This document shows positions 45,208 to 57,095 of a stretch of DNA of 64,000 bases, piece after piece. Origin of the DNA: Blastocladiella emersonii ATCC 22665 (lineage: Eukaryota > Fungi > Blastocladiomycota); assembly GCA_025594325.1 (NCBI GenBank), contig JANHCV010000007.1, positions 992,001-1,056,000 on the forward strand. The letters are read 5' to 3'. Numbering within the stretch: position 1 is the stretch's first letter; each line of letters begins with the position of its first letter. The notes under the pieces are model-generated. The model was given only the letters and a program-made list of their open reading frames with translations, was not told where the DNA came from and searched no databases. Both the position numbers and the translations under genes were made by a program.

Positions 45208-47529
45208 CTACGCCACAACGCGCTCGTAAAACACCATCACCGCATCGTCGCCGGACCGGAGCACCTCGTCGCGGTGCACGGGATCGGCGCGGTCGTCCGA
45301 CACGCGCAGCCACCCGCGGCCGCCCGGCGCGCGACGGTACGCGATGTAGTGCCCAAACTCGTGCCGCCCGTAGTGCACCACGACCGCGGTCAGGTGGTAC
45401 AGCACCTCGGTCACGGGCGGGCGCTCGCGCGCCGCAGCGGAGGCGGCGGGTGGTGGCAGCGCTGTTGCCTGGGGAGACGGCGACACGGGCTCGGGCGCCA
45501 GCGCGGGCGAGCCCGACGGGGACACGGTCCGCGGCGGCGACGGCGGGAGCGGCGCGGGCGCGGGTGCCGGGGTCTCGGGCATCACCGCGGCGGCGACCTG
45601 GCGCGAGGCCCGGCGGCGGCGTCGGGTGCTCGACGCCGGCACGAACCCGGACCCGTCGTCCATCGGCTCCTCGTCCGCGGCAGCGGTCGTCGGGACCGAC
45701 TCGACCTCGAGCTCGTCGGCGTCCACGCCCATGGGCGCTGGTGCCGATGCACGGCTAGTCTCGCGCTCGCGGGCAGCGGCCATCGAAACCCCACGCACCA
45801 CGATCCCTGCACCGACGCGCGCCGGCTCGTAGATCGCGCCAAACTCGGCCATCCCCTTCCCCGCCGCCCCTCCGTTCAACGGGCGCCCCGGCGCGACCTC
45901 CGTCTCCCCCGCGACGACAAACGGCGCGGCGTCGAGAAACTCCGGGATCGCGACGCGGCACGTATTCTTGACGACGCGGTACCCGACGACCGCGGACCGG
46001 TTGAGGTGGAGCGCGAGGACCGCGGGCGGGCGCCCGAGCATGAGCTGTTTCGTGTGCTGGGTCTCGGCGCGGTCGAGCTTGAGCCCGGCGGGCAGCGCCG
46101 TGGTCTCCTCGTCGGCCGTCGCCAGCACCCGCTCGACCCAGTGCTGGTGCGCGCGCGCCGTCTCGGCCGCGGACATCGCGGCGGACAGGCGACGGCGCAG
46201 GTCGCGCAGCTTGCGGTCCTCGCGCTCGCGCTCGCGGTCGCGCGGTGGCGTCGCGGGCGGGGTCGGCGAGATAGATGTGGTGGGCTCGGAGGGCTCGGGC
46301 GCGGCGGGCGTCGACGCCTTGCGCTTCCGCCTCCGGCGCGCGCCCGCCGCGCTATCCAAGGGTGCACACGCAGTAGGCTCGCCCGCCGACCCGCGCGCGA
46401 CGGCGGCAACGAGCTCGCGCTCAATCGCGTCGGCCTCGGCGCTCCGGTGGGCGGCCTCGGACTTGAGGCGGATGAGCGTGCGTCGCCACGAGCAGCGGCG
46501 ACAGCTCGCGTCGTCGATGACTTCGAGGTGGCAGAAGGCGCGCAGGGCATCCTCGACCGACGCGCTGGTCTTGAGCGGGAGCGCGAGCGAGAGGTTGTCA
46601 AAGGCAAAGTGGCGGACCGCGGGGCAGTACCCGCACGCGGTGCACGCGAGGCGCGACGCGAGCCAGCCGACGAGCGGACTCGCGGGCGGGGGCATGAGTG
46701 CCGCAGGCGCGGGCGCGGGCCGCAACGCGTCAGCGAGTGACGGCAGCGCAGCGTTGCGCGCGGCTTTCGCGTGTTCGGTCGACAGCGTGTCGGAGAGGGC
46801 CTGGAACAGCTCCTGCGCGTCCTGCTGGTGCATGTTGAACAGGCGGTGGTTGGCGCGCGCGAGCGCGTTGAGCAGCAGGTCCGGCGTGAAGGCGCGGCGG
46901 CCGGGCACCGGGCGGCGTAGCTCGAGCAGCGTCGCGCGCAGGGCGTGCGCGACCGAGGTGCGCGGGAGGGCGGACTCGACGAGCGGGTCGTGCAGGAACG
47001 CGAGCAGCGGGTCGAGCGTCGCGAGCGCCTGGATCACCGAGTTGAAGAAACACGAGTTGCCCACGTTGTACAGGCCCGACGCTAGCGGCGTCTTGTACAC
47101 GTCGAGCGTGGTGCGCGCACGGCGCAGGCGGCCTGGGCCCGCGTCGTCGTCGCGGTCCTCGGCCTTGTCGTCATCGGATGAATCGGACGAGGAGCTGTCG
47201 GGCGAGTCGGCGAGGAACTGGCGGTCGTCGCCGTCGGGGTCGTCGCTGCTTGCGCCGGCGGCGGCCACGTCGCGGTCGTTGGCGCCGCGCCGCTTCTTGC
47301 GGCTGCGCGGGCCGGCCTCGTCGACCTCCTGCTGCTTCTTGCTGCCCTTCTTGCCGCCCTTCTTCTTCTTCTTCATGCCCGCGGCGTAGCCCGGGACGTG
47401 CGCGGTGCGCGAGTAGGCGCCGGGCCAGACGTAGCGGCGCACGACGACCCACATGAAGAGGCCGCCGACGGCCGTCGACAGGCCGAGTTGCATCAGCGCC
47501 TCGACGTCGAGGGGCGGCCCGGATGACAT
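45208..47529 (-). CDS. Ubiquitin-specific protease (C19), USP30/Ubp16-like with N-terminal TM anchor, 773 aa
   Basis: Cys box GLYNVGNSCFFNSVIQAL, QQDAQE, His box AVVVHYGRHEFGHYIAYR...WLRVSD. N-terminal LGLSTAVGGLFMWVVV followed by basic residues. Confidence 0.9.
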   Translation of the reverse strand: MSSGPPLDVEALMQLGLSTAVGGLFMWVVVRRYVWPGAYSRTAHVPGYAAGMKKKKKGGKKGSKKQQEVDEAGPRSRKKRRGANDRDVAAAGASSDDPDGDDRQFLADSPDSSSSDSSDDDKAEDRDDDAGPGRLRRARTTLDVYKTPLASGLYNVGNSCFFNSVIQALATLDPLLAFLHDPLVESALPRTSVAHALRATLLELRRPVPGRRAFTPDLLLNALARANHRLFNMHQQDAQELFQALSDTLSTEHAKAARNAALPSLADALRPAPAPAALMPPPASPLVGWLASRLACTACGYCPAVRHFAFDNLSLALPLKTSASVEDALRAFCHLEVIDDASCRRCSWRRTLIRLKSEAAHRSAEADAIERELVAAVARGSAGEPTACAPLDSAAGARRRRKRKASTPAAPEPSEPTTSISPTPPATPPRDREREREDRKLRDLRRRLSAAMSAAETARAHQHWVERVLATADEETTALPAGLKLDRAETQHTKQLMLGRPPAVLALHLNRSAVVGYRVVKNTCRVAIPEFLDAAPFVVAGETEVAPGRPLNGGAAGKGMAEFGAIYEPARVGAGIVVRGVSMAAARERETSRASAPAPMGVDADELEVESVPTTAAADEEPMDDGSGFVPASSTRRRRRASRQVAAAVMPETPAPAPAPLPPSPPRTVSPSGSPALAPEPVSPSPQATALPPPAASAAARERPPVTEVLYHLTAVVVHYGRHEFGHYIAYRRAPGGRGWLRVSDDRADPVHRDEVLRSGDDAVMVFYERVVA

Positions 47530-48229
47530 GGTGTTGATGCGTGTGTGCTTTGGGATCTCTGGGGGAGAGGAGAGGGGTTGGGGGCCGGTCGTACGGCGCC
47601 GGATCACAGTCGCCCACTCCGCGTGGTGAAAATGGGCGTCGCGACGCGCCTGGCGACGGCGAACGTGACGACGCGTGATCTCGCCGCGCGTCGCGCCATG
47701 TCGCGTTTTTCACGCCTCTCCCGGCGATGATGGCCAGGAGCGAGGCCGTGATGGGAGACGGGCAAGGGAGACGAGCGTGGCCTGCGGCGCGGCCGCTCGT
47801 GCGTCCCGATCGGCGAGCTGCTGCCAGCGTGGGGCGGATCAGGCGCCGTCCCTGGACTCGCCCATCTCATCTCATCCCTGCACCCATCTCGCGCAGATCA
47901 GCGCGCTGCCGTGCGTGCACAGCGGCGCGCTCGTCGCCGTGCGCGCAGATGAACGTGTTGAGCCCTGCCAGTCGAGGCAGGCCGAAAATGACGCGATCGG
48001 AGCAGCAGCGCGCAGCCCATCAGCCACACCCATGCCCTAGCTAGGGCGTGGGTTTGCACGCTGCTGTTCGCGGCCGCTTGCGCGCACCCTTGCGTGCCTC
48101 GGCTGCTTACGCCTCGGCCCCGCCCTGCACCCGCCCTGAGCCCCGCCCTTCAAAAGGGACGGGTGCCCCCGCGTCTCCAGCTCTTGCTCTCCATCCCTTC
48201 TCCCGATCCATCAGCCCGCTCTCCTCAAG

Positions 48230-49459
48230 ATGATCGCCCGGAAACTTCTCCTCGCCACCGCCCTGCTCGCTGTCCTCGCCACCACCCCGGCACTCGCTGC
48301 CGACGACCACGCCGGCCACAATCATGCTGGGCATGACCACGGCCACGGCCACGACCACGACCACGAGGGCCACGACCACGCCGCCAAGGAGGTCGACCCC
48401 GCCGACAAGCTGTCGCCCGGCATGGTGTGGCTCGCGACCATGGTGACGGAGCTCATCGTGACGCTGATCGCCGGTCTCGGCCTGCTCGTCGTGCCGCTGC
48501 TCGTCAACCGGCCCTCGCTCAACAAGATCGTCATGGCGCTGCTCATCGGGCTCGCGACGGGTACCCTGCTCGGCGACGCCATCATGCACCTGATCCCCGA
48601 CGCGCTCGAGGGCGCCGCCGAGACGGGCACCCGCCAGCTCTACACGTCGCTCGTCGTCGTCGCCGGCGCCTACGCCTTCTACCTCGTCGAGCTCGTCCTG
48701 CACTCGTTTGGCCACACCCACCACCACGGCGACGACCACGGCCACGGCACCCCCGCCGTCTCGCCCGCCAACGACGCCGAGCGCGGGACCGCTGCCGGCG
48801 CCGACGACGGCCACCGCCACGGCGTCTTCATGAAGGAGTCCGACTACGACTCGAGCAAGGTTCTCCCCGTCGCGTGGCTCATCATCTTTGGCGACGCCGT
48901 GCACAACTTCCTGGACGGGCTCGCCGTCGGCGTGTCGTTTGCCTCGTCGTGGACCCTGGGTATCAGCACCGCGATCGCCGTGCTCCTGCACGAGCTGCCG
49001 CACGAGCTCGGCGACTACGCCGTGATGCTCGAGTCGGGCATCCCCAAGATGCGCGCCGCCCTCTACAACATGGCCAGCAACCTGACCTCGTTTGTCGGCG
49101 CCGCCATCGGCATCCTCGTCTTCAACGCCCTGTCCGAGGGCACCCAGTCGTGGGTCCTCGCCTTCACCGCCGGCGGCTTCCTCTACATTGCCCTCGCCGA
49201 CCTCGTCCCCATGCTGTTCCAGATGACCTTCGGCAACGGCAAGGCCGACCACGCCATGCCGACGGCCCCGACCAAGGCCGTCGAAGCCAGCAACGTGACC
49301 ATCACCGACGAGGACGACGGCAACGGGCCCAACCCCAAGGCGCCCGCGTCCACCACGAGCGCCCTCGTCGCCCAGAACGTCGGGTTCCTGCTCGGCGTCG
49401 GCCTCATGGTCCTCGTCGCCGTCATCGAGGCGTCCATGCCCGGCGGCCACCAGCATTAA
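48230..49459 (+). CDS. ZIP (SLC39) zinc transporter, LIV-1 subfamily
   Basis: Signal peptide, His-rich N-terminus and loop, GDAVHNFLDGLAVG, and HELPHELGD (HEXPHEXGD). Confidence 0.95.
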   Translation: MIARKLLLATALLAVLATTPALAADDHAGHNHAGHDHGHGHDHDHEGHDHAAKEVDPADKLSPGMVWLATMVTELIVTLIAGLGLLVVPLLVNRPSLNKIVMALLIGLATGTLLGDAIMHLIPDALEGAAETGTRQLYTSLVVVAGAYAFYLVELVLHSFGHTHHHGDDHGHGTPAVSPANDAERGTAAGADDGHRHGVFMKESDYDSSKVLPVAWLIIFGDAVHNFLDGLAVGVSFASSWTLGISTAIAVLLHELPHELGDYAVMLESGIPKMRAALYNMASNLTSFVGAAIGILVFNALSEGTQSWVLAFTAGGFLYIALADLVPMLFQMTFGNGKADHAMPTAPTKAVEASNVTITDEDDGNGPNPKAPASTTSALVAQNVGFLLGVGLMVLVAVIEASMPGGHQH

Positions 49460-49910
49460 GGTGTTCCTCCCGACCGTCGTCTGTTTTCTGCTGGTGTCGT
49501 CGTCGCGCTTCGTTGTTGTCGTACCCCATTCCCCCACTCGCCTGATCATCTCGGCAACCCATCTACCTAGTACCCCCTCCTCCCGCAGCTCCCAAAAGTT
49601 TTGTGCTCTCTCCCCTCCCTCCTTCCGCGGCCATTGAGCCGCCTTGTAGAATAGTCAATCCACATTTTTCAAACGCATTCTCTTGGTCCATTGTGGCGGT
49701 TGCGGCGAAGCTGAAGCGGAAGCTGAAGCGTAGTGGCGTCAGGAACGCGTGCAAATTGTGAGACGCGAATGTCTCGCACCGCGTGATCGCGCGCCACAAC
49801 CGAGTGCGCATGTACCGGCGCGTGACGCATGACCGGTCGGTGACCCCTCGCCTTCAAAAGCCAGCCGTAGTCTTCCACTCTGCTCCTCACACACTTCATC
49901 GCCTGAGAGA

Positions 49911-51059
49911 ATGTCCAACTCGACACCCTCGTCTTCGCCCACCACCCCCACCACCCCAACCCTTCCCGCCGCAGGCAGCCCTCCCGCGCGGCTGCTGACG
50001 GCGGCGCGGCCCGCACGAGCGCTCCACGGACCGCCGGCGCAGCACCGCCCCGAGGTCGCCTCGGACCAGCTCATGCTCATCAAGCGCAGCGACTACAACC
50101 GCATGTTGAAGCTCGCTCGCGAGGTGACCGCCAAGGCGCCAAACTTCCCCCCGCCGGCCCCGCTCGCGCAGAAGCCGAGCGTCACGGAGCTCATGGACCT
50201 GCTTGAGCAGGTGGTCCCGACCTTGTACGTTGACTCTCGCTCGTGTCATGCATTCGTTGAACCTACCGGCCCAAACGTCGATACCTTCAGCTACGGCCAC
50301 CCAACACCAACCGCTGCGGCGGCACCGCCCAGAGCTGTTGGTGAAGCTCTCTCCGCGGCCGGGCTGGCCAAGCTGAATGCCAAGACGAAGCGTGCGACCC
50401 CGCGGACGGGAAGTATAGGTCTCGATGTCGCTTCGTGGCTCGGCGGACTTCCGTCCGACCTGAGTGCACCTCCGCAGCAGCAGACGCTTGTCCTCGTCAG
50501 TGCGTCGCCAACCCAGTCGACGTTCGCCCCGAACTCGCAGGATGCGGCGTCACCGATTGCGGTCTCGGCCACACCGGCAAACAGTCCCGCCACGCCTCTT
50601 GCGCCTTGGAGCACGGAGAGCGTCAATAGCAGCGCGCCGCTCGCTTCACCTCCATCTTCGCCGACTCGGTCGTCGCCCGTGGTACCCAAGTCCGCGCAAG
50701 CCGTTCTCACGGCGGCCGCGGCCACGGGCGATCCGAACGCGGTCGACACGCTGCTCTCGCGCGCCGCGTCCATCTCGTCGTTCCTGGCGAGGCTCCCCGA
50801 GTATCAGAGTCCTGCTGCCAAGGCCGGCTCGCTCTCCGTTTGTACTTCGGATGTGGGATCCCAGCGTCTCACCCAATCTGCACCCACGTCGCCACTGTCG
50901 CGCGTCAAGTTCCCGCTGTCCCCGGTGTCGGAACCGCCCTCGAGTCCCCGGTCGTGGGACGATAGTGCTTGTGACTACGCGCGGGAGGTCGGATGGGTCA
51001 TTGTTTTGATGGAGCAGGCGGATGTTCAAGATGCGTCAAGCGCTGTTGGTAATCCGTGA
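49911..51059 (+). CDS. Hypothetical protein, tandem family member 1; intron 50225-50290
   Basis: TELMDLLEQVV precedes a phase-2 intron, and LDVASWLGGLP follows; both are shared with member 3. Confidence 0.6.
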   Translation: MSNSTPSSSPTTPTTPTLPAAGSPPARLLTAARPARALHGPPAQHRPEVASDQLMLIKRSDYNRMLKLAREVTAKAPNFPPPAPLAQKPSVTELMDLLEQVVPTLYVDSRSCHAFVEPTGPNVDTFSYGHPTPTAAAAPPRAVGEALSAAGLAKLNAKTKRATPRTGSIGLDVASWLGGLPSDLSAPPQQQTLVLVSASPTQSTFAPNSQDAASPIAVSATPANSPATPLAPWSTESVNSSAPLASPPSSPTRSSPVVPKSAQAVLTAAAATGDPNAVDTLLSRAASISSFLARLPEYQSPAAKAGSLSVCTSDVGSQRLTQSAPTSPLSRVKFPLSPVSEPPSSPRSWDDSACDYAREVGWVIVLMEQADVQDASSAVGNP

Positions 51060-51738
51060 TAACCGGACGGCGCACTTCGTGCCTCAAGTAACTTCAAAAT
51101 ATACCACACTTCTTTTATAATCGCCAGTGTGTTTTCCGATGTGTTCGTGAGAGACCAACTTCGTTCGCGCGCGATGACGTCAGTGGCGCAGCACGGTCAC
51201 ATGCAGAGTTTGAGATGCGTTTGTCTCGCGTCGCATGAGTGCGCGTTGGATGCGGTCATGCGTCTTGACACGCACCCGCACTCGCACTCGCCCTTACCCT
51301 TCCCTTGCCGCTTCGCCGCATTCTGCCCGTACATGATCCCCGTCCTCCTCAGTCAAGCTCTCCCCTCGCGACAACTACGCGTGGGAGGTCGCGGGCGAAT
51401 TTTTGGACAGAACGTGCCGCCATTACATCCGAATCACGCTGTACCATCGATTCTCAGATGATGACTCGCACAAACACTCAATTCAATACATTCCGAATTC
51501 TTCCTCACTTGTGAAGCCGAGTCATGCATTCAAGGTCATTGGGTTGTGTGAATGCCGCTCGCCAGCGCAGCGAAGGGACGTCAGCGAAGATGGTTGAGAC
51601 AAAAGTGTTTCGCAGCCAGCACGTGCTTACGCATTACAAACGTAAATGCGTACGCTTGCCGGGCGGTTGGTCAGGAACAGTTTCTACGCCAGCAGGGCCG
51701 GCTTCACTGTCCCGCAATCCAACGCCAAGTATCTCGTC

Positions 51739-53042
51739 ATGACGCAGGCCGTCACGCAGCCGCCCGCCGCGTTGAACGCCGACGAGGACGGATGCATTCT
51801 CGCTGACTTCGTTCGCAAATGGGCAGACCAAGTAGCTGGAACTACGAAGCTGGTCGATGCTCCTGACAACAAGGTGTCCGACGACGAGCTCGCCGCGATG
51901 ATTCAGGAACGGTACATGATTTTCCTTTGCGGGATCCCGCTGTTCGCTTCGCTGACTGAATCTGTTGTCGCGTCCCAGACTCGCTGGCACGACCAAGACT
52001 CAGCTCGAGGCTGTATTTTCGACACCGCTCAAGACGGTTGGCACTCGACACGGCCGTGACTGCTCCTTTGTCTGTGCCCGTCCCAGTTGCTGCTGCGTGC
52101 CCGACCGCAGGCACCATCACTGGTCCGGAAGACGAGGCCAAGTTTGACCAGGCGACTCGCAAGCTGATGCTCGACCATGCGCCCGAGTCGCTTGACGCGA
52201 CGGTGCGTGAGCTGCGCGACCTTTCGGGGCTCGACGGGACGGGTATGGCGACCGCGGGCGCAGTTACGCCCGTCGTCGCTGCGGCCAGGTACTAGGCCAA
52301 GGTATCGGCTGACGCAGTCGCGACGACTACCGCGGCTAAGGCAGCAGCAAAGGAAGCCGAGGCCGCAGCGTATACGGCGGCTGACGCTGCAAAGGCTGCA
52401 GCGGAAGCTGCGAAAGTTGCGGCCGAGCAGCTGGACCGGGCTCAAGGTATCCTTGCCGAGTCTATCTCGCGACTCAAAGCGCTCAAGTCGCAACGTGCGC
52501 CGGTTCCATCTCCGCTTGCTTCGCAGGAGCTGTCCGACGCGCTCGCACAAGGGCAGCCTCCCGTTCCACCGGTTGGCCGCACTGAGCATTCGATCGCGCT
52601 TGTCGAGCACTTTTTCATGCAGCTGTCGCCCGATCTCGACCCTGTCCCTGATGCCTCGATTATTGATTCGACGACCGAGTTCGCGCCGAGCGCAAATGTT
52701 CCGCTTGACGCGCCGAGAGCACACGTCGACAACTCTCAGCAGGTAATCCCGCTTGTGATCATGGACCTCGAGCCGGACCTCGCCGCCGATGCAACAGAGC
52801 ACCTGCAGATTGAGTCGGAACCGGTTGAGCTGGTGGACGAGGCCGTCGCCATCTCGCCCGTCCGCGAAACTGAATTGCCGCCGAGTCCGTCTCATCCAAG
52901 CCCCGACGTTCATGTGGAGGACCAGGAGTTGTCCCTGGACCAGATCATGGCGCTGCTCGTCACGGAGACCACGGAACTCTGCGCGTTTGTCCAGGTGGAC
53001 GCGCTTGAGTTGGACGCGTCCGAAGGCGAGACTGCTGAGTAG
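51739..53042 (+). pseudogene. Tandem family member 2; intron 51912-51978, frameshift near 52020-52045, TAG at 52293-52295
   Basis: KFDQATRKLMLDHAPESL, EQLDRAQGILAESI and HSIALVEHFFMQLSPDLDPV align with member 3 (KFDEKMHAQILDQANESL, DELYLAQQVLIRSI, NSLDIVAAFFDQIPDVLDPV). Confidence 0.68.
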
Positions 53043-53338
53043 GGTCTGCTTTGGTGTAATTCTCGCGTCAGATCATGTGTTTGTATATTTATAATGTGGA
53101 AGAATATGGTGCTTAAGCAACTTTGATGGTATCCGTGATGGCTGATGAGTAGGGTGACAGCACGCGAACATGCGTTGTTCGCGAACATGTATTCGATCGG
53201 TTGGGCGCCACGCGCGTGATTGAAAATAATGGACATGCATTTACTGAACATCTGGATCGGTGAGCTCAAGGCTCAGTTGCGCGCAGCCCGCAGCCCTCTC
53301 TTCTCACCCGCCAACGCGCGCTCATACGAATCATCATC

Positions 53339-54825
53339 ATGTCGTTCCCGACGGCACCCTCGTTTCCGGGCTCGAGGGCCGTCTCCGACGCTACGGTCCG
53401 CAAACGACTTCTCGGCGTCATGCGCACGTTCACTTCCCGCGGCCACACGGTGCTGCAGGACGACCCGTACGAGACTGAGCTCGATGAGCTGCTTGCGGCA
53501 CTCGTGAGCGAAGGGTACGCTCGCGCCGCACTCATTTCCCCTTGTCCACAGTCCGTGCGCTAACTTCGCCATACAACAGTATCGTTGGAACGCGCGACGA
53601 AACCAGTCCTGTCATCTCCGCTGCGACGCATCAGACGGGCAAGGCTGCGGCCAAGCTCGCTGCGACTGCTATGGCGCCGGCGGCGGCCGCTGTACCTGTG
53701 GATTTGGCCTCGTGGCTCGGCCCCGTCCCAGTGAACGTCGAGGTCTTTAAGTTCGACGAGAAGATGCACGCGCAGATCCTCGACCAGGCGAACGAGTCGC
53801 TCGGCGACATTTTGATCAAGCTGGACGGGCTTCCGACCGAGGCCGCCGCGGCCACGGCCACGGCCTCACCGAACGCGCGGGCCAACGCCGCCATTGCTGC
53901 AGCTACCGCAGCCGCGTCGGCGCTGGTCACAGTCTCGACTATCGCGTCGGCGACCACTGCAGCTGCAGCGGCCGCGGCCAAGGCGGTGCGCCGCGCGAGC
54001 GATGAGCTGTACCTGGCCCAGCAAGTTCTCATCCGGTCGATTGCGCACATCTCCAAATTCCAGTCGCTGGTTCCGCCGGCTCCGTCCGTGCCCACCAAGA
54101 AAGCACCGGCTGCTACGCATAAGCCGAGCATTGTGGTGACCGAGGAGAAGGTGAGCAAGCGCGTCCTCAAGAAGCGCGCAAACAGTCTCGACATTGTGGC
54201 GGCCTTCTTTGACCAGATCCCGGACGTACTCGATCCCGTCGAAGGTGCTCCGGCGTGCGCTGCGCAGCCGAAGCTGAACTTCGATTTCACGAAATTTACA
54301 CGGCCCAAGCTCAACCTGATGCCCAACGACAGCGGCTCGCAGTTCGACGGTTACGCGTTACCGGTGCGGGCGGCGGCTGAGGCGGCGGCGCGCGACCTCG
54401 CTGCTGATCCGCGGGGCAGCGCCCTTTCGAGCGAGGAGCCCGAGCGAGTCCCTGCGCCCGACGTTCTTCTGGACGCGGCGGTACCAGAGCCCGAGCTCGC
54501 GCCAAACGACAGTGCTTCACAGCTCGGCTCGCGGGTGCGTGCGGCGCCAAGCGTCCGCGATACTGATCCGCAGGCCACGGTCAGTGTCCCCTCAAGTTCG
54601 AAGCTTGCTGCCGCGCCAGAACCGGCGCCCGAACTTGCCATGTGTCCTTCGGAATCGGTCGGTTGCCCGCCGCGGCCGCTGCGCGTCGACGATTCACTCC
54701 TCGAAGATCCAGACCTGATTCTGACTCGATTCCTGGCGAGCCGGCGGGAGGAGCCGGTGGCCAAGGCTGAGAAGCTACTTGATGCTTCGTACGAGCTGGT
54801 CGCGGTGCCCGAGTCGGAGGAGTAG
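53339..54825 (+). CDS. Tandem family member 3, 473 aa; intron 53515-53579
   Basis: Spliced length 1422 nt; TELDELLAALVSEG before the phase-2 intron; VDLASWLGPVP; three internal PNDSxSQ-like repeats. Confidence 0.68.
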
Positions 54826-55383
54826 ATGCGGAGATTTGTGGACGGTGGGTGTTCTTTGCGAGCCTTGCATCAAATGTAACTGTAATTTTGTCTTCTTCCA
54901 GGTCCCTGATCCTGCGTGCGCGACAAGCAGGCGTGAGTATAGCACGTGCTGCCTTGTGGCAAGCGCATGAATATGGATCGACATCGTAAATGCATTCGAT
55001 GGCAAAGTGCGCATGCTGTTGCTCTCCTAGAAAGCTGCTCTCGCAACTTCCTCCCTCCGTCATTGGTGTCCTAGGCCGTCTCCCACTGACCCGAAGCTCC
55101 AAGACCCAGCAGTGGAGGTGCCCGAGCTGGTGCAAGCGCCCTCCGAGTAGCGTGAGCGGCTCAAGCTCTTTGATTTTCAGCGATACAATAAAAACCGGTT
55201 GCATGCACGCGCGTGTGTCCGTGATCGCCGGCGTGATGGGAGACGCGTGGCTCAGACCGAGTGCGGCGCACGTGCGCGGTTTTCGAGAAAATTAAAAATG
55301 CGGGTCGGTGTTTCAGTATTTCCCGTCAGTCAACGAACGGGCGACGCCACTCGAGACATCGAGCAACGCTGCACGCGCTCCCG

Positions 55384-55389
55384 TATAAA
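55384..55389 (+). promoter_or_regulatory. Probable TATA box of the secreted 8-Cys protein gene
   Basis: TATAAA about 90 nt upstream of ATG 55475, followed by a pyrimidine-rich leader. Confidence 0.55.
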
Positions 55390-55474
55390 GTGTCCCCGCT
55401 CCCCCGTGCACCTTCCTTCTCCCTCCTCAAGCACTTGCACACTTGCTCAGTCCGCAACCCCACGAACCAACACC

Positions 55475-56112
55475 ATGAAGACCTCGACCCTCCTCGTCGC
55501 CACGCTCGCCGCCGTCGCCGCTACCGCCTCGGCCCAGTCGGTCGGCGCGCCCCCGATGACGGGCTGCGCCGGCCAGGCCGTGTACGAGCGCTGCTTTGCC
55601 GACGTCCAGATCACCCGCGGTACGCACTCTCGCGCGCGTGTTTCCCACCCGCTATCCCGAGACGGTGAGAGCTGACTGCGTGCTCCCGATGCACTCCAGA
55701 CGCGTGCGTGCCCGGCGACCAGGCCAAGTACTACGACTGCCTGTGCAAGACGGCGGGCCAGTTCAAGCTGTGCTTCGACCAGTGCCGCGACGCGCCCGAC
55801 TACGCGGCCCGCGTCGCCATCTACTCGGGCGAGGAGGGCGCCTACTGCCGCGCCGGCGCCCAGTTCAGCTCGGCCTCGGCCACGTCCACCACTTCGTCGC
55901 GCGCCGCCTCGGCCACGGGCTCGTCGTCGGCGTCCGCGTCGGCCGCTGCCCCGACCGGCTCCTCGTCGACCTCGGGCGCCTCGTCGGCGTCGGCCACGTC
56001 CGGCTCGTCGGCCGCTAAGCCCACGGGCTCGGCCATCTCGTCGGGCAACTCGCTCGCCGGGTCGGTCGCGGCCGCCGCGGTCGCTGTCGTCGGCGGTGTC
56101 CTTGCCCTCTAA
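55475..56112 (+). CDS. Secreted 8-Cys, Ser/Thr-rich, probably GPI-anchored cell-surface protein, 185 aa; intron 55620-55699
   Basis: Signal peptide MKTSTLLVATLAAVAATASA, 8 Cys, Ser/Ala/Thr stalk, hydrophobic C-terminus (SVAAAAVAVVGGVLAL). 558 nt spliced. Confidence 0.85.
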
Positions 56113-56189
56113 GTCGTCGTCGATGTCTCGCACACGGGATGTCTCATCCCTCCCTCCCTTTGTGTTTCAATAAACGTTGTGTAGATCCA

Positions 56190-57095
56190 TCACCGTCTCC
56201 GCTCAGCCGCCTCGGCCTGTCTCACCCCATCCACGACGTCGTGGCGGCACGACGGGCACCGCGTATCCCACGCGAGCGCGCGGCGCGCGCACGGCTCGTG
56301 GAACGTGTGCAGGCACGGCAGCGTCATGCACGGCGTCGCGGACTGCCCGCCGAACGGCGGCGACGAGAGCGTCGACAGGCACACGGCGCACTCGTCCGTG
56401 TCCTCGGCGGCCGGATCGAGGATCGCGAGCGGGAGAGTGTCGAGGATCTCGGCGGGCACGCCCGACGGGGGCACGACGGCCGAGGCGACGGTCGCTGACG
56501 TGACGGGCAGTGGGGCCGCGTCGGCGGGCGGGGCGAACAGGTTCGAGGTTGCGGCTGCGAGGAGGAAGGACTACATGGTGCTGGTGTCAGCTTGGTCTCG
56601 AGCACGCTGAGGCGGCACCCGCACCTCGTACGACAGGCCGTCCTCGTCGACAGGCTCAGGCTCGGGCTCCGGCTTCTGTCGCCGCTTCGCCGGCCGCGCT
56701 CCGGTCTTGGCGACAATCTGGATGACGCCGTCGTCAAACTCGGGCGCGGGCGACGACACCCGCGACCGCTTCGGCGTCGGGAGCGCTTCTTCGTCATCGC
56801 CGTCACCTTCCGAAGACTCGCCTCCATCCTGCTGCTGCCTCAGGAACATGGCGTGCTCGTCCTCCTCCGCCTCCTCATCGTCAGACCCCGCCGCCGCCGC
56901 GACGCGACGAACAGGCTCCGGCCGATCCGCGCGCCGCCGCTTGCGCGGGACCCGCGGCTTGGGCCCGCGGCTCGAGCAGTAGGCGGCGAGCGACGTGGAC
57001 TCGAGGTCGGCGCACTCGAAAAAGTCGCCGCGCAGGCACTCGTCGCCGACGGGCGCGAGGTACTCTTCCTCGGACGAGGACGACGGGTATTCCAT
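56190..57095 (-). CDS. RING-H2 domain protein, 283 aa; intron 56571-56624
   Basis: C-terminal CAVC...LPCLHTFHEPC...CPSCR; acidic N-terminus with basic NLS-like stretches. 852 nt spliced. Confidence 0.82.

Noticed and set aside
51455-51560. ATGATGA (C-box-like) plus two short adjacent hairpins suggesting a snoRNA
   Set aside because: No properly placed D box, H box or ACA tail; stems are short. An Infernal/Rfam scan would be needed.
52289-52317. 29-nt GTAC...CTGAC.CAG mini-intron removing the TAG at 52293
   Set aside because: Too short, and it shifts the frame away from the region homologous to member 3.
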